Origin: Gemmatimonadota bacterium
GTDB taxonomy: Bacteria > Gemmatimonadota > Gemmatimonadetes > JACCXV01
Reading direction: 5' to 3'
Assembly: GCA_036556125.1 (NCBI GenBank)
Contig: DATBJZ010000007.1
Coordinates: 1 to 55,743, forward strand
DNA: 55,743 nucleotides
The notes beneath the pieces are model-generated. The model was not told the DNA's origin and did not search any database. It worked only from the letters and a program-made list of their open reading frames with translations. This document shows positions 18,172 through 27,720 of this stretch, in pieces (position 1 is the first letter of the stretch; each line of letters begins with the position of its first letter). Both the position numbers and the translations under genes were made by a program.

Positions 18172-18918
18172 ATGACGACATCCCCCCCCGGCGCGCCGCG
18201 AACCGCGCCCGCGGCGGCCCCGCCCGGATCCCCGGCGGGGCCGCTCGTCCAGGCCGAGCGCCTCTCGCGCCGGTTCGCGCGCGAGGGAGTGCCGTTCGCC
18301 GCGCTCCACGAGGTCACCTTCGAGGTCCGCCGGGGTGAGTTCGGGGTCCTGGTCGGCCGCAGCGGCAGCGGGAAGACGACCCTTCTGAACCTCCTCGGCG
18401 GTCTCGACCGGCCCACGGCCGGGCGAGTGGTCGTGGACGGCCTGGAGCTCGGCCGGCTCCCGGACCGTACGCTGTCGCGCTTCCGGAACGAGAAGGTGGG
18501 CTTCGTCTTCCAGGCCTTTCACCTGCGCAACGCCGAGACGGCGCTCGAGAACGTCCTCACCCCCTTCCTCTTCGCCAGGGGCAGGCAGCGCGACGTCCGC
18601 GCGCGCGGCCTCCGGGCCCTCGCCGCGGTCGGCCTCTCCGAGCTGGCGCAGCAGCGGGGCTCGACGCTCTCGGCGGGACAGCGGCAGCGCGTGGCGATCG
18701 CCCGCGCCATCGTCCGCGATCCCGTGCTGCTCCTGGCCGACGAGCCCACCGGAAACCTGGACGCCGAGACCGGCGCGGGGGTGATCGACCTCCTCGCGCG
18801 CCTGAACCGGGAGCGCGGCACCACCGTTCTCGTGGCGACCCACGACGCCGACCTCACCGCCGCCGCGACTCTCGTGCTCGCGCTCCGCGACGGCCGCCTG
18901 GTGGAGGGCCCGCGATGA
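18172..18918 (+). CDS. ABC transporter ATP-binding protein (MacB/LolD/FtsE-like)
   Basis: Walker A GRSGSGKTTLLN. Signature LSAGQRQRVAIARA. Walker B LLLADEPTGNLD. Confidence 0.9.
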   Translation: MTTSPPGAPRTAPAAAPPGSPAGPLVQAERLSRRFAREGVPFAALHEVTFEVRRGEFGVLVGRSGSGKTTLLNLLGGLDRPTAGRVVVDGLELGRLPDRTLSRFRNEKVGFVFQAFHLRNAETALENVLTPFLFARGRQRDVRARGLRALAAVGLSELAQQRGSTLSAGQRQRVAIARAIVRDPVLLLADEPTGNLDAETGAGVIDLLARLNRERGTTVLVATHDADLTAAATLVLALRDGRLVEGPR

Positions 18919-19066
18919 CACCCGGCTGGACCCCGCCGGGCCGGGTGCCTCTCCGCGACGCCGCCTCCCTTCCGACCGCAGCCGAGCCCGGTCTCCGGAC
19001 GTCGGCGCAGGTCGCCCGCGGCCCGGGGCGGCGCCCGGCCTACCGGCCTCGGCACGCCGGGGCCCG

Positions 19067-20356
19067 GTGAGGCCGGGCGGCGCGATCCGGCTCACGCTGC
19101 GCGGGCTCGCGCGGCACGCGGGCCGGACCGCGCTCCTCGTCTCGGGCGTCGTCGTCGGCGTCGCCTTCCTGGTCGTCCTGCTCGGCTTCGTCGAGGGCAT
19201 GCGGACGGCGCTCGTGGACCGGCTCGTCGGTAGCCTGCCCGTCACCCACCTGCGCGTGACCACGCGCCAGTACGGCCTCGGCGTCCTCCAGTTCGGGAAC
19301 CCCTTCGCCGACCTCGACTCCGCGATGGTCCGCCGGGTCGAGGCGATGCCGGGCGTCGCGCACGTCCTGCCCATGGCCGCGCTCGCCGCGCCGGCGCAGA
19401 TGCGAGCGTCGGTCTTCGGCCAGGGCTTCGTCACCGATACCGGCGTCTTCGGGATCCAGCCCGAGGTGCTGGGCGGGGACCTCCCGCAGGGCTCGGACTT
19501 CAGGCGGCCCGGCGCGGGCCCGATCCCGGCCGCGATCTCGCGGGAGCTCATCGACATGTACAACACGGGGTTCGCCGAGGCGAACGGCCTGCCGAAGCTG
19601 AACGACCGGATCCTGCTGAACCAGGACGCGGTGCTGACGATCGGCACGTCCTCGTTCAACCCCGCCGGTCTCGGGGCGCAGATCGACCGGGTCCCGCTCC
19701 GCATCGTGGCGGTCTCCGGGAACGTTCCGCTGGCGGGGATCAGCGTCCCGATCGGGGTCGTGCAGGACTGGAACCGCCGCTTCGCCGGCTCCGAGGCCGC
19801 CGGGAAGTTCGTCTCGATGACGGTCGTCGCCGAGGACGCCCACGCCGTCGAGCCGCTGGTGCGCGCGCTCGAGGGCGCGGGGCTCCAGGTGACCACGGGT
19901 CGCGAGCTCGCCGAGAAGGTCGCGGCGATCGCGCGCTACATCACGCTCGCGCTGGCGGTCGTCGGCGGGGTGGTGCTGCTGGTGGCCGGGCTCGGCATCG
20001 CCAACGCCCTGGCCCTCTCGGTCCTGGAACGGCGGCGCGAGATCGGCCTCTTCCGCTCGGTCGGGGCCTCCCGCGGGGACATCCGCGGGATCTTCCTCCT
20101 CGAGGCGCTCGTGCTCGGCGCCGCGGGCTCCGCGCTGGGGCTCGCCGCGGCCGTCGGACTCGAGCGCGCGGCCGACGCCGCGCTCCTCGGCGCGCTCCCG
20201 GAATCGCCGTTCGTGCCCTCCACGTTCTTCGTCAACACGTGGCGCAACTTCGCTCTGGCGTGTAGTATGGGCGTCTTCGTCAGCGTGCTGGCGGGCGTTT
20301 CGCCGGCCTCGCGGGCCGCGCGCCTCCAGCCGGCCGAAGTCCTCAAGGGAGGGTGA
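19067..20356 (+). CDS. ABC transporter permease, FtsX/MacB-type
   Basis: N-terminal TM (LLVSGVVVGVAFLVVLLGFV), a large extracytoplasmic domain, and a C-terminal FtsX-type module (RREIGLFRSVGASRGDIRGIFLLEALVLG). Confidence 0.85.
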   Translation: MRPGGAIRLTLRGLARHAGRTALLVSGVVVGVAFLVVLLGFVEGMRTALVDRLVGSLPVTHLRVTTRQYGLGVLQFGNPFADLDSAMVRRVEAMPGVAHVLPMAALAAPAQMRASVFGQGFVTDTGVFGIQPEVLGGDLPQGSDFRRPGAGPIPAAISRELIDMYNTGFAEANGLPKLNDRILLNQDAVLTIGTSSFNPAGLGAQIDRVPLRIVAVSGNVPLAGISVPIGVVQDWNRRFAGSEAAGKFVSMTVVAEDAHAVEPLVRALEGAGLQVTTGRELAEKVAAIARYITLALAVVGGVVLLVAGLGIANALALSVLERRREIGLFRSVGASRGDIRGIFLLEALVLGAAGSALGLAAAVGLERAADAALLGALPESPFVPSTFFVNTWRNFALACSMGVFVSVLAGVSPASRAARLQPAEVLKGG

Positions 20357-20387
20357 TGCGTCCCCCTGTGACCCGCGCTGGAGGGCC

Positions 20388-21476
20388 ATGGAACAGCCGA
20401 AGCCGCGCAGGCGAAAGGCGGTCGTGGATGCGGTGCGTCGGAAGATGCAAGCCTATCGCCGGCCGACCGCTCGGCTGGACGCGCTCCTTCGGATCCGGCC
20501 CGGTCTGGGCGAGCTCTTCGACAAGGACTTCCGCAGCCAGCTCCTGAGCCGCCGGCAGGTCGAGGCCTTCACCCCCCAGAAGCGGACCCACGTCTGGGGC
20601 ATCCTGCGGCGCGGGGCGATCTTCCACCGCTACTGCTACAGCGCGCCCCGCTACTACCTTCCGAGCGGCGCCGACAAGGGCCTCCTCGACCCCTTCGCCG
20701 CGACCATCCACCAGCCCAAGCTGCTGCTGCGCCTGCGGGAGAACGTCCGCGCCGCGCTCTCCGACGAGCGGATCGTCCCCGGTGGCCTGCTGTTCGCGGC
20801 CTTTCCGCGGCGGAAGACGCCCCCGCTCCCCTACGTGCTGGCGTTCCTGAACTCGCCGGTCGTGAACTTCTTCCTGGACGCGTTCTTCGAGAAGGGCGAG
20901 CCGGCGGCTGACCGTCTCGTGCAGTTCAAGCTGCCGCTCCTGAACAAGGCCGACACCGACGCGATCGTGGGCAGCGTGCACGAGATCCAGTCCCGGGTCC
21001 GGCTCGTGCGGGACCTCTCACGTGAGGCCGAGGACGTCCAGCGACTCGCGGACGAGGCGCACGTCGAGACCGTGCCCCTCGAGGACACGGAGGGCATCCT
21101 GCGCGAGATCAACGTTCCGCGCAGTCTCGGCGAGGTCGTCGAGGTGAAGCGCCGCGGTCCGGTCGTCATCTTCCGCCGCGGCTCGACGATCGTGACGACG
21201 ACCGAGGAGGCGGCGACCTACCTCGAGCTCTGGCTCGCCGACCGCTTCCACGAGATCAAGCACCTGAACAAGGTGCAGCTCGGGCGCCACATCCGGATGC
21301 CGGCGCTCACCGCGCACGTGGTCCGCGTGCTGCAGCAGCGCGCCCGCATCGAGGAGCGCATCCTCAAGCTCACCTCCGAGATCGACGCATATCAGGACCA
21401 GATCAACCAGCGGATCTACGACCTCTACGGGCTCACCACCCGCGAGCGGGAATTTCTGAGCATGTTCCACGTCTGA
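20388..21476 (+). CDS. Stand-alone TaqI_C-like (type IIG/BREX methylase C-terminal specificity-type) domain protein
   Basis: KLLLRLRENVRAALSDERIVP..LPYVLAFLNSPVVNFFLDAFF resembles the ..LLAILNSKL.NFYF.. core. The C-terminal INQRIYDLYGLTTREREFL resembles the ..VYELYGLTEEEI.. tail of Eco57I/PglX-type enzymes. I found no N6-MTase motif (NPPY/F or FxGxG). A GC hairpin follows. Confidence 0.55.
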   Translation: MEQPKPRRRKAVVDAVRRKMQAYRRPTARLDALLRIRPGLGELFDKDFRSQLLSRRQVEAFTPQKRTHVWGILRRGAIFHRYCYSAPRYYLPSGADKGLLDPFAATIHQPKLLLRLRENVRAALSDERIVPGGLLFAAFPRRKTPPLPYVLAFLNSPVVNFFLDAFFEKGEPAADRLVQFKLPLLNKADTDAIVGSVHEIQSRVRLVRDLSREAEDVQRLADEAHVETVPLEDTEGILREINVPRSLGEVVEVKRRGPVVIFRRGSTIVTTTEEAATYLELWLADRFHEIKHLNKVQLGRHIRMPALTAHVVRVLQQRARIEERILKLTSEIDAYQDQINQRIYDLYGLTTREREFLSMFHV

Positions 21477-21483
21477 GGATCCG

Positions 21484-21506
21484 GGCGGCGCGGCATCCGC
21501 GCCGCC
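21484..21506 (+). terminator. GC-rich hairpin, terminator-like
   Basis: GGCGGCGCGG-cat-CCGCGCCGCC: perfect 10-bp stem starting 8 nt after the stop. Confidence 0.4.
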
Positions 21507-21581
21507 GCGGGCCGGCGACGGATCGGGTGCCGCCGTCCCGGCTGGAGGGGCACGCCGACGCGGTTCGAAAAGGGGAGAAGC

Positions 21582-22733
21582 ATGGGACGGGACCTCACGC
21601 TCGGCGTGGAGGAGGAGTACCAGATCTGCGACCCACGAACGGGCGACCTCACGGCGGGCATCGAGCCGCTGCTCGCCGCCGCCCCTCCGGCCCTGCGCGG
21701 GCGCATGTCCCACGAGCTCCTGCACTCGGTCCTCGAGGGCAACACGCCGGTCGCGGCCGACGTCGAGGAGGCCCACGCGCTCACGGCGCGGCTGCGCCGC
21801 GAGCTCGTCACGCTCGCCGACGGCCTGGGCCTCGCCCTCGGCCTGTCCGGGACGCACCCCTTCGCGAGCTGGCGCGACCAGGACTTCGTGGACACCCCCG
21901 ACTACCAGTGGGTGGGGTCGCAGCTCGGCTACCTGGCCCGGCGCAACCTGAGCTTCGGCCTGCACGTGCACGTCGGGGTCGCCGATCCCGAGGAGCGCAT
22001 CTCGGTCGTCAACCGCATGCGCCGCTGGGTCGCGCCGCTCCTCGCGCTCTCCTGCAGCTCGCCCTTCTTCGAAGGCGAGCCGACCGGCTTCCTCTCGATC
22101 CGCACGCACGTCTTCGGGGCCTTCCCCCGCACGGGGTTCGCGCCGGCCTTCCGCGGGCACGCGGATTACCTCGCGACCGTCGCGGCGCTGACGGCGGCCG
22201 GCAGCATCACGAAGCCCCGCCAGCTGTGGTGGAACCTCCGGCCGCGCGACGAGTTCGGCACGGTGGAGGTGCGGATCATGGACGGGCAGCCGTCGCTGCG
22301 CCGCGTCCGCGGCTTCGTCGCGGCGTGTCAGGCCCTGGTCGCCGCGCACCTCCGTGAGATCCGGGAGGGGCGGCGGGAGGACGACCTGCGGGACGCCTTC
22401 CTCTCCGACGGCCTGTTCAAGGCGATGCGCTTCGGCCTCGAGGCGACCGTCGTGGATCCCGCGACCGGACGGACGGTGGCGATGCGCGACGCGATCGCCG
22501 AGCTCCTCGATACCGCAGGCGCCGCGGCGCGCGAGCTCGGGACCGCGCGCGACCTGGCGATCCTCGAGGAGGTGCTGGAGCGGGGAACCGAAGCCGAGAC
22601 CCAGCTCGCGCTCCTGGCCGAGCTCGGCGACCTCCGGGCGGTGCAGCTCAGGCTCCTGGAGCAGGCCCGCTCCGAAGCCCTCCGCGGCCCCGCCGCGTCC
22701 GCCGCCGTGTCCGCGAGGACCGCCGGCCCGTAG
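21582..22733 (+). CDS. ybdK: Carboxylate-amine ligase, glutamate-cysteine ligase family 2 (YbdK-type)
   Basis: LTLGVEEEYQICD, GTHPFASW, FGLHVHVGV, WWNLRPRDEFGTVEVRIMD. RBS GGGGAG upstream. Confidence 0.85.
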   Translation: MGRDLTLGVEEEYQICDPRTGDLTAGIEPLLAAAPPALRGRMSHELLHSVLEGNTPVAADVEEAHALTARLRRELVTLADGLGLALGLSGTHPFASWRDQDFVDTPDYQWVGSQLGYLARRNLSFGLHVHVGVADPEERISVVNRMRRWVAPLLALSCSSPFFEGEPTGFLSIRTHVFGAFPRTGFAPAFRGHADYLATVAALTAAGSITKPRQLWWNLRPRDEFGTVEVRIMDGQPSLRRVRGFVAACQALVAAHLREIREGRREDDLRDAFLSDGLFKAMRFGLEATVVDPATGRTVAMRDAIAELLDTAGAAARELGTARDLAILEEVLERGTEAETQLALLAELGDLRAVQLRLLEQARSEALRGPAASAAVSARTAGP

Positions 22734-22871
22734 TCGTCCCCCCCTGGTGCGGGGGCCGCGCGCTCCGCCGCCGCAAATCCCTCCACCCGTTGCGATTCGC
22801 CCGACAAGCGACGCCGCGTCCACCCCGCGCGGCGCCCCCAGCCCCCCGGCAAACCCAAGTCCGACAAAGGC

Positions 22872-25565
22872 TTGCGCCTGACCGAGAATGCGACGCAGGT
22901 GGTACGGGAATTGCCCTCCCGCCACGCGCCGCGACGCGCCCGGCCGCCTCCCCCGGTCGGGCTTCGTTCACTCTGCGCAGGTGCCCCGCCTTTGTCCCGC
23001 CGTCCCCTCGACCGCAAGTGGACGATCGTTCTCTTCCGGTTCCTGGTCGCCGCGGCGTTCGCCGTGTTCTGGCTCCTCCCCGGGCGCGGCGGCGTCGTCG
23101 CCGGCCTGGCGCTCGGCGGCTATCTCGTCTCGAACCTGTTCCTCGCCACGCGGTCCGAGGCGTTCTTCGGCCGTCCCCGCCTGCCGTACCTGCTGGTCGT
23201 GGTGGACTCGCTGCTCCTCGGCAGCACGATCTACCTGCTCGAGGGGCGGTTCACCGAGTTCTACTACCTCTACTTCCTCTCGATCTTCCTCTGCGCGCTG
23301 CTCCGCGACGTCCGGAGCGGGGTCGTGTCGGCGCTCCTGGGGTACGCGGTGTACCTCGTGCTCCTCCAGAACGAGGTGGGGCCGGGGAGCCTGGACCTGC
23401 AGGAAGTCCTCATCCGCGGCTCCTTCCTGCTCTCGACGGTCGGCCTCACCACCTACCTGACGCAGGAGGTCCAGCGGAAGGAACGCGAGAACCTCACGCT
23501 GAACTCGGTCGTCGAGATCTCGCAGAGGCTGGCGTCGACGCTCGAGCCCGAGGCGGTCTTCAAGCTCCTCCTCGCGAAGGTCTCCGAGATCATCCCGGTC
23601 CAGCGGCTGTCGCTGATCCGGGTCGAAGGCGACGCGCCCGAGACCGGCACCGTGATCGCGACCCTGGAGAACCCGCGCGGGCGGCCGTTCCGCGTGGACC
23701 TCCGGAAGTACCCCGAGATCCTGCAGGCCGTGCGCACCCGCCGTCCGGTCGTCGTGGCGAACGTCGAGACCGACCCGCTGATGGGGATGGTCAAGGACGC
23801 CCTGCCGGCGGACCGCCCCGCCTCGATCCTCGTGCTGCCGATCGTCCAGTGGGACGACGTGATCGGCACGCTCTTCCTCAAGACCGCGCGCCCCCGGACC
23901 GGCTTCCAGGACTGGGAGCTCGACTTCTGCCAGGTCGTCGCGAACGCGGCGGGCCAGGCGATCTTCACCGCGCAGGCCGTGCAGCAGGAGAAGCTCCGCA
24001 CCGCCGACCTCGAGCGCGTGGCGTCGCTCGACGCCTTCCTCGTGGGCACGCTCCCGATGGACGAGCTCCTGAACGGCGCGGTGGACTTCTTCCGCCGCGG
24101 GTTCGGCTTCGACGTCGTCGCGGTCGCGCTGCGGGGCGACGCGCCGAACACCTACCTGCCGCGCGCCCGCGCGGCGGACCCCGAGCTCGAGGGCGAGTGT
24201 GCGGAGGCGCTGGGAGGCGTGCTCCACCTGTCGGACTCGCTGCTCGGAGAGGGCAAGCCGTTCGCGATCCGGAAGGCGCCGGGCGAGGAGGCGGGGCTCC
24301 TCGAGGAGCTCCGCGAGGAGGTCTTCCTTCCGCTCGTGGCCGGCGGTCAGCTCCGCGGGTGCCTGATCCTCGCCAACCGGGAAGCCGCGCGCGAGGACGA
24401 CCGCCTCCTGCTCCTGCAGGTGCTGGCGAACCACGTGGCCCAGGCGCTGGACAAGGCGCTGCTCCACTCGCGGGTCGAGGAGCTGAACCGGCAGCTCGCC
24501 GAGCGGGTGAGCGAGCAGGACAAGTACCTGGCCTCGCTCGTCTCCCTCTCCGCCGACGCGATCATCGGCCTCGACCGGCAGGGACGGATCGAGTCCTGGA
24601 ACCGGGGCGCGCAGCGGATCTTCGGGTACGCCCCCGACGAGATCCTCGGCGCCTCTGCGGCGCGGCTCTTCCCCGATGCCAACGGCCACAGCCCGGACTC
24701 GCTCATCCGCCAGGCCATCGAGAAGCACGACGTGCAGAACGTCGAGGTCGTCACGACCGACGCGGCGGGCCGTGAGCGGATCGTGGACCTCACGCTCTCG
24801 GCGGTGGAGACCGCCTGGGGCGACACGAAGGGGATCTCGGTGATCGCCCGCGACGTCACGCAGCGCCGCCGCCTCGAGCAACGGGTGGCGCAGGCCGAAC
24901 GCATGGCGGCGATCGGCGAGGTCGCCGCGAGCGTCGCGCACGAGGTCCGGAACCCGCTGTTCGCGATCTCCTCGATCGCGCAGATCCTCGGGATGGAGTG
25001 CGGCGCGAACCCCGAGCTGGCCGAGCTCACGCGCGCGATGGCGGCGGAGACGCGCCGGCTGAACCGCATCGTCGAGGACCTGCTGACCTTCGGCCGCCGG
25101 CGCGACCTGGAGCTCCGCCCGGTCCGGCCGTCCGCCATCGTGGACGAGCTCCTCGCGCTGAACGCGGGGCTCCTCGCCGAGCGCGGCCTCGTCCTCGCGC
25201 GGGCGGACGCGGCGCCCGACCGCGAGCTGCGACTCGACGCCGAGCAGGTCCGGCAGGTGTTCCTGAACCTGCTCCTGAACGCGGTCCAGGCGTCGGAGAC
25301 CGGCGGCGCCGTGCGCGTCGAGACGGGGGTGGAGCAGGGCCCCGACGCCGCGTGGGTCCTGCACGTCACCAACGGCGGACCGGGCATCCCGCCCGAGGTC
25401 CGCGCGCGCGTCTTCGAGCTGTTCTTCACCACCAAGGAGAAGGGGAGCGGGATCGGCCTCGCGATCTCGCGCAAGATCGTCGAGGCGCACGGGGGGACGC
25501 TGGGCTTCGAGAGCGAGCCCGGCCGCACCGTCTTCTCCGTCCGACTCCCCCTGGAGGCCCCATGA
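22872..25565 (+). CDS. Membrane sensor histidine kinase (6 TM, GAF, PAS, HisKA, HATPase)
   Basis: TM helices begin at WTIVLFRFLVAAAFAVFWLL. PAS IIGLDRQGRIESWNRGAQRIFGY. H-box ASVAHEVRNPL. N-box NLLLNAVQA. G-box GSGIGLAISRKIVEAHGG. Start is uncertain: TTG 22872, or in-frame TTG 22992 giving (M)SRRPLDRKWTIVLF. Confidence 0.85.
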   Translation: MRLTENATQVVRELPSRHAPRRARPPPPVGLRSLCAGAPPLSRRPLDRKWTIVLFRFLVAAAFAVFWLLPGRGGVVAGLALGGYLVSNLFLATRSEAFFGRPRLPYLLVVVDSLLLGSTIYLLEGRFTEFYYLYFLSIFLCALLRDVRSGVVSALLGYAVYLVLLQNEVGPGSLDLQEVLIRGSFLLSTVGLTTYLTQEVQRKERENLTLNSVVEISQRLASTLEPEAVFKLLLAKVSEIIPVQRLSLIRVEGDAPETGTVIATLENPRGRPFRVDLRKYPEILQAVRTRRPVVVANVETDPLMGMVKDALPADRPASILVLPIVQWDDVIGTLFLKTARPRTGFQDWELDFCQVVANAAGQAIFTAQAVQQEKLRTADLERVASLDAFLVGTLPMDELLNGAVDFFRRGFGFDVVAVALRGDAPNTYLPRARAADPELEGECAEALGGVLHLSDSLLGEGKPFAIRKAPGEEAGLLEELREEVFLPLVAGGQLRGCLILANREAAREDDRLLLLQVLANHVAQALDKALLHSRVEELNRQLAERVSEQDKYLASLVSLSADAIIGLDRQGRIESWNRGAQRIFGYAPDEILGASAARLFPDANGHSPDSLIRQAIEKHDVQNVEVVTTDAAGRERIVDLTLSAVETAWGDTKGISVIARDVTQRRRLEQRVAQAERMAAIGEVAASVAHEVRNPLFAISSIAQILGMECGANPELAELTRAMAAETRRLNRIVEDLLTFGRRRDLELRPVRPSAIVDELLALNAGLLAERGLVLARADAAPDRELRLDAEQVRQVFLNLLLNAVQASETGGAVRVETGVEQGPDAAWVLHVTNGGPGIPPEVRARVFELFFTTKEKGSGIGLAISRKIVEAHGGTLGFESEPGRTVFSVRLPLEAP

Positions 25566-27004
25566 AGCCCACCATCCTGATCGTGGACGACGAGAACGCC
25601 ATCCGGAAGAGCCTCGGCCACTTCTTCGCGCGGAAGGAGTTCCACGTGGCCGAGGCGGCCGCGCCGGAGGAGGCGTTCCGCCGCGTGGCGGAGTCTCCGC
25701 CCGACGTCGTCCTGCTCGATCTCAAGCTGCCGGGGATGGACGGGCTCGCGGCGCTCGAGGAGCTGAAGCGCCTCGATCCCTCGCTCGCGGTCGTGATGAT
25801 GACCGGCCACGGCGACATCGGCACCGCGGTCGAGGCGATGCGGCGCGGCGCGGAGAGCTTCCTCTCCAAGCCCGTGGACCTGAACCAGCTCGTCGTGACG
25901 GTCGACAAGGCGCTCGAGAAGGTGCGGCTGCAGCGCCAGGCGCGGCTCTACCGCAGCCACGGCGCCGACGAGGGGCGCGTGCTCGGCGTCTCCGACGCGA
26001 TGCGGCGGATCGAGGAGACGCTCCGACTCGTGGCCCGCAACCCCGACGCGACCGTGCTCCTGATGGGGGAGAGCGGCACGGGGAAGGGGTTCGTGGCGGA
26101 GTGGATCCACGCCCACAGCCCGCGGGCCGAGCAGCCCTTCGTGGAGGTCAACGCCGCCGGGCTCTCGGCCACCTTCCTCGAGTCCGAGCTCTTCGGTCAC
26201 GAGAAGGGGGCGTTCACCGACGCGAGGCAGATGAAGCGCGGCCTGCTCGAGGTGGCCGACGGCGGAACGGTGTTCCTGGACGAGATCGGCGACCTGGACC
26301 TCTCGCTCCAGCCCAAGCTCCTCAAGGTGCTCGAGTCCAAGACCTTCCGCCGGCTCGGCGGCACGGACCTGATCCGCGTGGACGTCCGGCTCGTGGTCGC
26401 CACCAACCGCGACCTCGCGAAGCAGATGGCCGACGGCAAGTTCCGGCAGGACCTGTACTACCGTCTGAAGGTGCTGCCCGTCACGATCCCGCCGCTCCGC
26501 AACCGGTCCGAGGACGTGGACGCGCTCGCGCAGGCCTTCCTGCAGGAGTTCGCGCAGCGGATGCACCGCGAGGCGCAGGCCTTCACGCCCGAGGCGCGCG
26601 AGCTGCTGCGGGGCTACGACTGGCCGGGGAACGTGCGCGAGCTCCGCAACGTGATCGAGCGGGCCGTGATCCTCGGCGAGGGGGAGGCCATCGCCCCGGC
26701 GCACTTCCCCCAGGAGATCACGCGCGGCGGCCGCGGCGCCGGCGCGCTCCCCGAGGCCGACCTGTTCACGGGCCAGCCGGAGCCGCTGGAGGAGATCGAG
26801 AAGCGCTACATCGGGCGCGTCCTCGCCTTCTGCGGCGGGAACCGCAGCCAGGCCGCGCAGCTCCTCGAGATCGCGCGCTCCACGCTCATCAACAAGATCA
26901 AGAAGTACGGGCTCAACGGATCGAACGGCTCGAACGGCGCCGGGTCGGAGGGGATGGACGACGAGGAGGAGGGCGTCGCGAGTCACGACGGCGCCGCGCT
27001 CTGA
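25562..27004 (+). CDS. Sigma-54-dependent response regulator (NtrC family)
   Basis: REC domain ILIVDDENAIRKSL..DVVLLDLKLPGMDG. AAA+ motifs GESGTGKGFVAEWIH, GAFTDA (GAFTGA-loop variant), FLDEIGDL and RQDLYYRL. Fis-type HTH NRSQAAQLLEIARSTLINKIKKYGL. ATGA overlap with the kinase stop. Confidence 0.92.
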   Translation: MKPTILIVDDENAIRKSLGHFFARKEFHVAEAAAPEEAFRRVAESPPDVVLLDLKLPGMDGLAALEELKRLDPSLAVVMMTGHGDIGTAVEAMRRGAESFLSKPVDLNQLVVTVDKALEKVRLQRQARLYRSHGADEGRVLGVSDAMRRIEETLRLVARNPDATVLLMGESGTGKGFVAEWIHAHSPRAEQPFVEVNAAGLSATFLESELFGHEKGAFTDARQMKRGLLEVADGGTVFLDEIGDLDLSLQPKLLKVLESKTFRRLGGTDLIRVDVRLVVATNRDLAKQMADGKFRQDLYYRLKVLPVTIPPLRNRSEDVDALAQAFLQEFAQRMHREAQAFTPEARELLRGYDWPGNVRELRNVIERAVILGEGEAIAPAHFPQEITRGGRGAGALPEADLFTGQPEPLEEIEKRYIGRVLAFCGGNRSQAAQLLEIARSTLINKIKKYGLNGSNGSNGAGSEGMDDEEEGVASHDGAAL

Positions 27005-27149
27005 CGCGCGGGCTTTCCGGTCAGTCCCCCCCACGGACCTCCGGCCGAGCAGGCCGCGCCCGCACCGTCCCCCGGGCACGCAGGCCCTTCCTGCGCAGAG
27101 GGTTGGCGCTCCCGGGCGCGGATGCGTCCGGCCGCCCCTTCCATCCCGG

Positions 27150-27165
27150 CGGCCTCCCGATTGCT
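27150..27165 (+). promoter_or_regulatory. Candidate sigma-54 (-24/-12) promoter
   Basis: cGGCct-cccga-TTGCt matches TGGCAC-N5-TTGC at 7 of 10 positions with correct GG..GC spacing (GG 27151-27152, GC 27163-27164). About 60 nt upstream of ATG 27225 and directly downstream of the NtrC-type gene. Confidence 0.25.
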
Positions 27166-27224
27166 ACCACCGGCGGCCAGCCGGGCGACCCTCGCCCTGC
27201 ACCGTCCCTCAGCCTCCCGATCCG

Positions 27225-27584
27225 ATGCCGCGCAAGGTGCTGCTCGTGGACGACGAGGAGAGCGTGCGGCTGAGCCTGGCCTTCTGGCTCCGGCGAAACG
27301 ACTTCGAGGTCACCGCCTGCGCCGGCTCCGACGCCGCGGGCCGGGCGCTCGAGCGGGAGGCGTTCGACGCGGTCATCAGCGACTACCGGCTCTCGCCGCT
27401 CGGCGCCGAGGGGCTCCTGCTCCTCGACCGCGCCCGGACGGCGCACCCCGCCTCGCGGCGCATCCTGATCACCGCGACGCCGCTCGAGCAGCTGCCGCCG
27501 GGCCTCTGCCCGGGCCTGCTCCACGGCCTGCACCAGAAGCCCGTCGACGTCCACGAGCTCCTGCGCACGCTGAACGCGCCGTAG
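27225..27584 (+). CDS. Single-domain response regulator (CheY-like receiver)
   Basis: VLLVDDEESVRLSL, phospho-acceptor context FDAVISDYRL, ILITAT, HQKP. Confidence 0.85.
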   Translation: MPRKVLLVDDEESVRLSLAFWLRRNDFEVTACAGSDAAGRALEREAFDAVISDYRLSPLGAEGLLLLDRARTAHPASRRILITATPLEQLPPGLCPGLLHGLHQKPVDVHELLRTLNAP

Positions 27585-27720
27585 GCGACGCGTTCAGCCC
27601 CGGACCACCGCCGGCACGCGCGCCTCGCCGGAAGGCGACGTCGGCTCGGCCGGGCGACCGGACGGCGGGCCCGGTCCCTCGCTTGTCCGGCTCCCCGACC
27701 CCGGGCATCTTGACCGCCCG

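Noticed and set aside
20388-21476. Complete restriction-modification or BREX system
   Set aside because: Only the TaqI_C-like specificity module is present. I saw no SAM-binding or NPPY motifs and no nuclease, helicase or PglZ-type genes nearby. It is reported as an orphan domain only.
27585-27720. Second sigma-54 promoter upstream of the UDP-sugar dehydrogenase (cGGCACG... and GGtccctcgcTTGt)
   Set aside because: The first candidate has the wrong GG-to-GC spacing. The second has GT instead of GC at -12. Both are too weak to report as features.
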